Part shown: piece by piece, positions 60,579-64,000 of the stretch
How positions within the stretch are numbered: position 1 is the stretch's first letter
Layout: the number at the start of each line of letters is the position of its first letter
Origin: Myxococcota bacterium
GTDB lineage: Bacteria > Myxococcota > Kuafuiibacteriia > Kuafuiibacteriales > Kuafuiibacteriaceae
Direction: 5' to 3'
Length of the DNA: 64,000 nt
Assembly: GCA_050331295.1 (NCBI GenBank)
Contig: JBHJGZ010000009.1
Location: forward strand, 279,950 to 343,949
Translations under genes and position numbers: made by a program
The notes under the pieces: generated by a model
What the model was told of the DNA's origin: nothing
The model's input: only the letters and a program-made list of their open reading frames with translations
Databases searched by the model: none

Positions 60579-61856
60579 ATGCGTCGGCGTCGACATCAAT
60601 GGGGCATGCGGGTCCTTCTCGGATCCTTCCTGGCTTCGGCGCTGGTTCACCTCATCCTTTATTTCCCGGTTGAACGGGCTTTGGTGTCGTATTTCCAGCA
60701 GGCAAAGCCTCCTTCGTCAGAGCCGGTGAAGGTGGTAACCTTGTCTCCCGAGGCATGGGCGCGGTCTATGACGACCGCGCGGCGGGCGAATCGAGATCGG
60801 CCGAGTCCAGCGGCCACGCCAACGCGGAAAAGGGAACCGGAACGGACCCCCGAGCCGGAGCCACCCAAGCCTGAGCCCAAGCGACCCAACGGCCAGATCG
60901 TGGATGTTCCACCCACGAAGGATGACAGTCCGAATCCCGACGCCAGGTTTCTCGGCGAACACAACTCCAACGTCGAGAAGGAGTCCGTTGCCCGGCTCGA
61001 CGCACGCGACCACACCAAGAAACGGCGCACCAATCGGTTGCAGGAGCGTCGGACGGCCCCGCGTCCGAAGAGCCAAAAGACTCTGGGTTTGACCGTTCAG
61101 GGCGAAGAAAAGGGCGTGGATGGCGAAGGCAAGAGTTCAGGTGAAGATGACGGTAGCGGAGAAGGAAAGAAGCAGTTTCAGCTTGAACTCCCCGACTTCA
61201 AGCGTCGAGATGAGGTGAAACTCAAGCTGTCGGACCTTCCGGGCTTCCGGCAATCGATCCAGAACCGAAGCGGGAGTGACGCCATGCAGGGCAATGGCAA
61301 GCGATTCCGGTTTCAGCCCGGAGATGTGCAGGGTGACGGCACCGGAGCGAAGAAAGGAGCCGGCGGAAAGAAGGGACTTCCGAGTCTGGAGGCTCTTCAG
61401 CCCAATCTCGGGACGGTCGCCCGAATCTCGGGGTCTCCTTCGCTCGACTATGTCGAGAACGTGCCGGAAGGCGAAGGCACGTTCCTCAACACTAAGGAGT
61501 TCAAGTACGCAACATTCTTCATTCGCGTTAAGGATAGCGTGCAGGATTATTGGATCGAGAACTTCCGACGTGAATACCGCCGCCGAGACCCGACTGGACG
61601 AATCTTCGGAGCTCGCGACCGGATTACGCTTCTTGCCATCGTGCTGGACGACGAAGGTCAGCTCAGCTCCGTACGTGTGGCCGAATCAAGTGGCCTCGAC
61701 TTTCTCGACGAAGCGGCTGTCCAGGCGTTTCGGCAAGCGCAGCCATTTCCGAACCCGCCCCAAGGTATCGTCGAGTCGGATGGGAGCATTCGCTTCAACT
61801 TTCAGTTCGTCGTGGTGCTGAGGTCGGGCGGGCCCTTCGACAACTTTGGCTTTTGA
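60579..61856 (+). CDS. TonB-family protein (N-terminal TM anchor, Pro/Lys/Glu-rich linker, TonB_C domain)
   Basis: 425 aa (alternative ATG 60606). LLGSFLASALVHLILYF. PEPEPPKPEPKRP linker. C-terminus GQLSSVRVAESSGLDFLDEAAVQAFRQAQPFPNPP. Confidence 0.7.
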   Translation: MRRRRHQWGMRVLLGSFLASALVHLILYFPVERALVSYFQQAKPPSSEPVKVVTLSPEAWARSMTTARRANRDRPSPAATPTRKREPERTPEPEPPKPEPKRPNGQIVDVPPTKDDSPNPDARFLGEHNSNVEKESVARLDARDHTKKRRTNRLQERRTAPRPKSQKTLGLTVQGEEKGVDGEGKSSGEDDGSGEGKKQFQLELPDFKRRDEVKLKLSDLPGFRQSIQNRSGSDAMQGNGKRFRFQPGDVQGDGTGAKKGAGGKKGLPSLEALQPNLGTVARISGSPSLDYVENVPEGEGTFLNTKEFKYATFFIRVKDSVQDYWIENFRREYRRRDPTGRIFGARDRITLLAIVLDDEGQLSSVRVAESSGLDFLDEAAVQAFRQAQPFPNPPQGIVESDGSIRFNFQFVVVLRSGGPFDNFGF

Positions 61857-61873
61857 ACCTCGAACCTGGCGAT

Positions 61874-62269
61874 TCAGTCGGCGTTCGACTCTAGGAACGC
61901 CTCGTAGTCCGCTTTCTTCATCAGCCCGTCGAGTTCGCTGGGGTCACTGAGCTTCACCCGGATCAGCCATCCATCGTCGTATGGATCCTCGTTGAGTCCT
62001 TCAGGCGACTCGATGACGCTGTCGTTGCGTTCCACGACCGTGCCGCTGACCGGGCTGTAGAGGTCGGACACGGCCTTTACGGACTCGACGACGCCGAGGG
62101 TCTGTCCGGCGTTGACGGCTTCATCAGGATTGGGCAGCTCACAATAGACGATGTCGCCCAAGGCATCTTGGGCGTGCCACGTGATGCCGATGGTGGCGAC
62201 GTCACCTTCGACGCGACACCATTCGTGTTCCTTCGTGTACAGGAGTTCCTCAGGATAGTGTTTGTCCAT
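61874..62269 (-). CDS. gcvH: glycine cleavage system H protein
   Basis: 131 aa. YTKEHEWCRVEGDVATIGIT. Lipoyl-Lys motif GVVESVKAVSDLYSPVSG. Confidence 0.95.
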   Translation of the reverse strand: MDKHYPEELLYTKEHEWCRVEGDVATIGITWHAQDALGDIVYCELPNPDEAVNAGQTLGVVESVKAVSDLYSPVSGTVVERNDSVIESPEGLNEDPYDDGWLIRVKLSDPSELDGLMKKADYEAFLESNAD

Positions 62270-62360
62270 GGCGCGACTTCAATGTCTTGGACCGTCGAAT
62301 TCGGGTCAAGTCAACCCGCATCCTGGTCTGCTCGAGATGGCAGATGAGCAAACGTGCCGA

Positions 62361-63458
62361 CTACCGCTGGAGGAACGGGCGCTTCACCACCCTCGCCGAA
62401 ACCAAAGTATTGCGGATCGCGACTGCGAGCTCGGTCCCTTCCTTCGCAAGATCTATCGGCACGAAGGCGAGGGCGATGGCTCGGTCGACGGATGGCCCTT
62501 TGGTGCCACTCGTGACCTTGCCGATCGCGCGTCCGTTCTCTAATACGTCGTATCCGGCTCGTGCGATCCCTCGGCCTTCAATCATTAGAGGTGTGAGTTT
62601 CCGCTTGGGACCTGCCCCCTTCAGCCCCTCAAGTGCAGCACGCCCGACGAAGTCGCTGGGTTTTTGCAGCTTCACGACCCACCCAAGTCCCGCCTCGTAG
62701 GGGTTCGTGGTTTCATCGATGTCTTGCCCGTAGAGTGGAAAACACATCTCGAGACGGAGCGAGTCTCTTGCGCCGAGGCCGGCTGGCGCGACACCCAGAT
62801 CGCCACCTTTGTCCATGAGGCGGTCCCAAACTTGTTCGGCCGACGCGGCAGGGACGTAGAGCTCGAAGCCATCCTCGCCGGTGTAGCCGGTCCGGGCGAT
62901 GATGGCGGAGGATTCGGCCGCGCGCCCCTCCAAGAAACGGTAGCTTACGAGGGTCGTCGGGTCCGGCTCGCAAATCCGTCGGATCAGTTCGGCGGCAGCA
63001 GGCCCTTGAACCGCGATTTGCGCCCACGCTGCGCTTTCATCCCGAACTTCGCAATCCGAGCCGGCCTGCGATTTCATCCATTCAACGTCTTTGGTGCGAG
63101 TGGCAGCATTGACGCAGATCATCAGCTTGCTCGAGTCGAACTTGTAGACCACCAAGTCGTCGAGGATCCCGCCGTCCGGCCTGCACATGACGGTATAGCA
63201 CGCCTGTCCGTCCGCGAGACGCCCCACGTGATTGGTCACGATTCGGTCCACCACTTCTGTGGCTCGAGAGCCTTCGAAGAATACTTCACCCATGTGGGAG
63301 ACGTCGAAGAGACCTACTCTCGAGCGGACATTGCGATGTTCTTCGATGACGCCCGCGTACTGAATCGGCATTTCGTATCCAGCGAAGGCCACGAGCCGAG
63401 CACCGGCCGCTCGATGAGCATCAAACAGCGGCGTTCGAAGAAGTTTGGGGTCAGCCAC
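62361..63458 (-). CDS. gcvT: glycine cleavage system aminomethyltransferase T
   Basis: Track ORF 62361-63509. GTG 63458 is preceded by [60 protein letters not shown]. Confidence 0.93.
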   Translation of the reverse strand: MADPKLLRTPLFDAHRAAGARLVAFAGYEMPIQYAGVIEEHRNVRSRVGLFDVSHMGEVFFEGSRATEVVDRIVTNHVGRLADGQACYTVMCRPDGGILDDLVVYKFDSSKLMICVNAATRTKDVEWMKSQAGSDCEVRDESAAWAQIAVQGPAAAELIRRICEPDPTTLVSYRFLEGRAAESSAIIARTGYTGEDGFELYVPAASAEQVWDRLMDKGGDLGVAPAGLGARDSLRLEMCFPLYGQDIDETTNPYEAGLGWVVKLQKPSDFVGRAALEGLKGAGPKRKLTPLMIEGRGIARAGYDVLENGRAIGKVTSGTKGPSVDRAIALAFVPIDLAKEGTELAVAIRNTLVSARVVKRPFLQR

Positions 63459-64000
63459 AATTCCTCCTTCGTTCGAATGCTTTGACTGCGTTGTCCAGAA
63501 GACAAGCAATGGTCATGGGACCGACGCCTCCTGGAACGGGCGTGATGGCCCGGGCGCGTTCGGCAGCCGGCACGAAGTCTACATCACCCACCAATTTGCC
63601 TCGTGTGTCTCGATTGATACCGACATCGATGACGGTCGCCCCAAACTTGATCCACCGGCCTTTGATCATGAGCGGCCGTCCAACGGCTCCCACCAACACA
63701 TCCGCTTCGGCGATGACCTCGTCGAGGTGCTGCGTTCGGGAATGACAGACGGTCACCGTTGCGGAGCGGTTCAGGAACAGGTCAGCCATCGGTCGGCCGA
63801 CCAGTCGAGAACGGCCGACCACCACCGCTCGGGCTCCCTGGAGCGTCGTCTCGACCTCCTCTAGCAACCGGATGCAGCCGCGAGGCGTACACGGTATGAG
63901 TGCCGACTCGTCTCCGCGACTGAGCCGACCCGCATTTTCCGGGTGCAGCCCGTCCACATCCTTGTGTGGCGCGATGGACCTGAGGACCGCTTCTGGATCG
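63451..64000 (-). CDS. folD: bifunctional methylenetetrahydrofolate dehydrogenase/cyclohydrolase FolD (C-terminal part; N-terminus beyond right edge)
   Basis: The frame stays open to the window edge (…[18 protein letters not shown]). [45 protein letters not shown]. The stop overlaps the gcvT start by 8 nt. Confidence 0.9.
   Translation of the reverse strand, partial: DPEAVLRSIAPHKDVDGLHPENAGRLSRGDESALIPCTPRGCIRLLEEVETTLQGARAVVVGRSRLVGRPMADLFLNRSATVTVCHSRTQHLDEVIAEADVLVGAVGRPLMIKGRWIKFGATVIDVGINRDTRGKLVGDVDFVPAAERARAITPVPGGVGPMTIACLLDNAVKAFERRRNCG

Noticed and set aside
63459-63560. Glycine riboswitch upstream of gcvT
   Set aside because: The region is occupied by the 3' end of folD, whose stop overlaps the gcvT start. 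There is no intergenic space.

Overview
GC-rich (roughly 60% by eye) chromosomal segment, densely coding on both strands. I support about 52 protein genes and one tRNA-Lys(UUU). I found no rRNA, CRISPR array, transposase or integrase. Several features point to Myxococcota (inference, no search run): an MglB/MglA polarity GTPase pair very close to the Myxococcus proteins as I remember them, a bactofilin next to parB, a Ser/Thr kinase with a DUF4388-like tail, and many lipoproteins and low-complexity tails. Most genes are housekeeping: parB, RNase R, photolyase, class I aldolase, penicillin-acylase family, nnr-tsaE, S1, DASS transporter, sigma-32-like factor, 1-Cys Prx, polA, mutT-like, mutY, pcnB, speA, ybeY, nuoD, rlmE, rplC, folD-gcvT-gcvH. 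Seven things deserve a second look. (1) A Ser/Thr kinase is fused to a T2SSE_N/MshEN-type domain carrying the complete 24+5+24 residue c-di-GMP-binding motif layout, followed by a receiver domain and a DUF4388-like domain. (2) A tightly packed plus-strand cluster runs lipoprotein, extended RpoH-like sigma factor, asparagine-synthase homolog lacking both the Cys nucleophile and the PP-loop, HEAT-repeat protein, then a translationally coupled degenerate HD-GYP protein. (3) Two tandem giant paralogous metzincin lipoproteins (1315 and 1510 aa) are present. (4) Two degenerate archaemetzincin-like domains lie 9 kb apart, one soluble and upstream of a parA-less parB, one fused to a 4-TM module. (5) An orphan nuoD is translationally coupled to a class-3 lipase. 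(6) An orphan rplC lies outside any S10 operon, next to rlmE. (7) mglA shows a striking AT-rich codon dip, and the S1 gene carries a 12 x 24-bp in-frame tandem repeat. All family assignments come from motifs read by eye and need HMM or BLAST confirmation.
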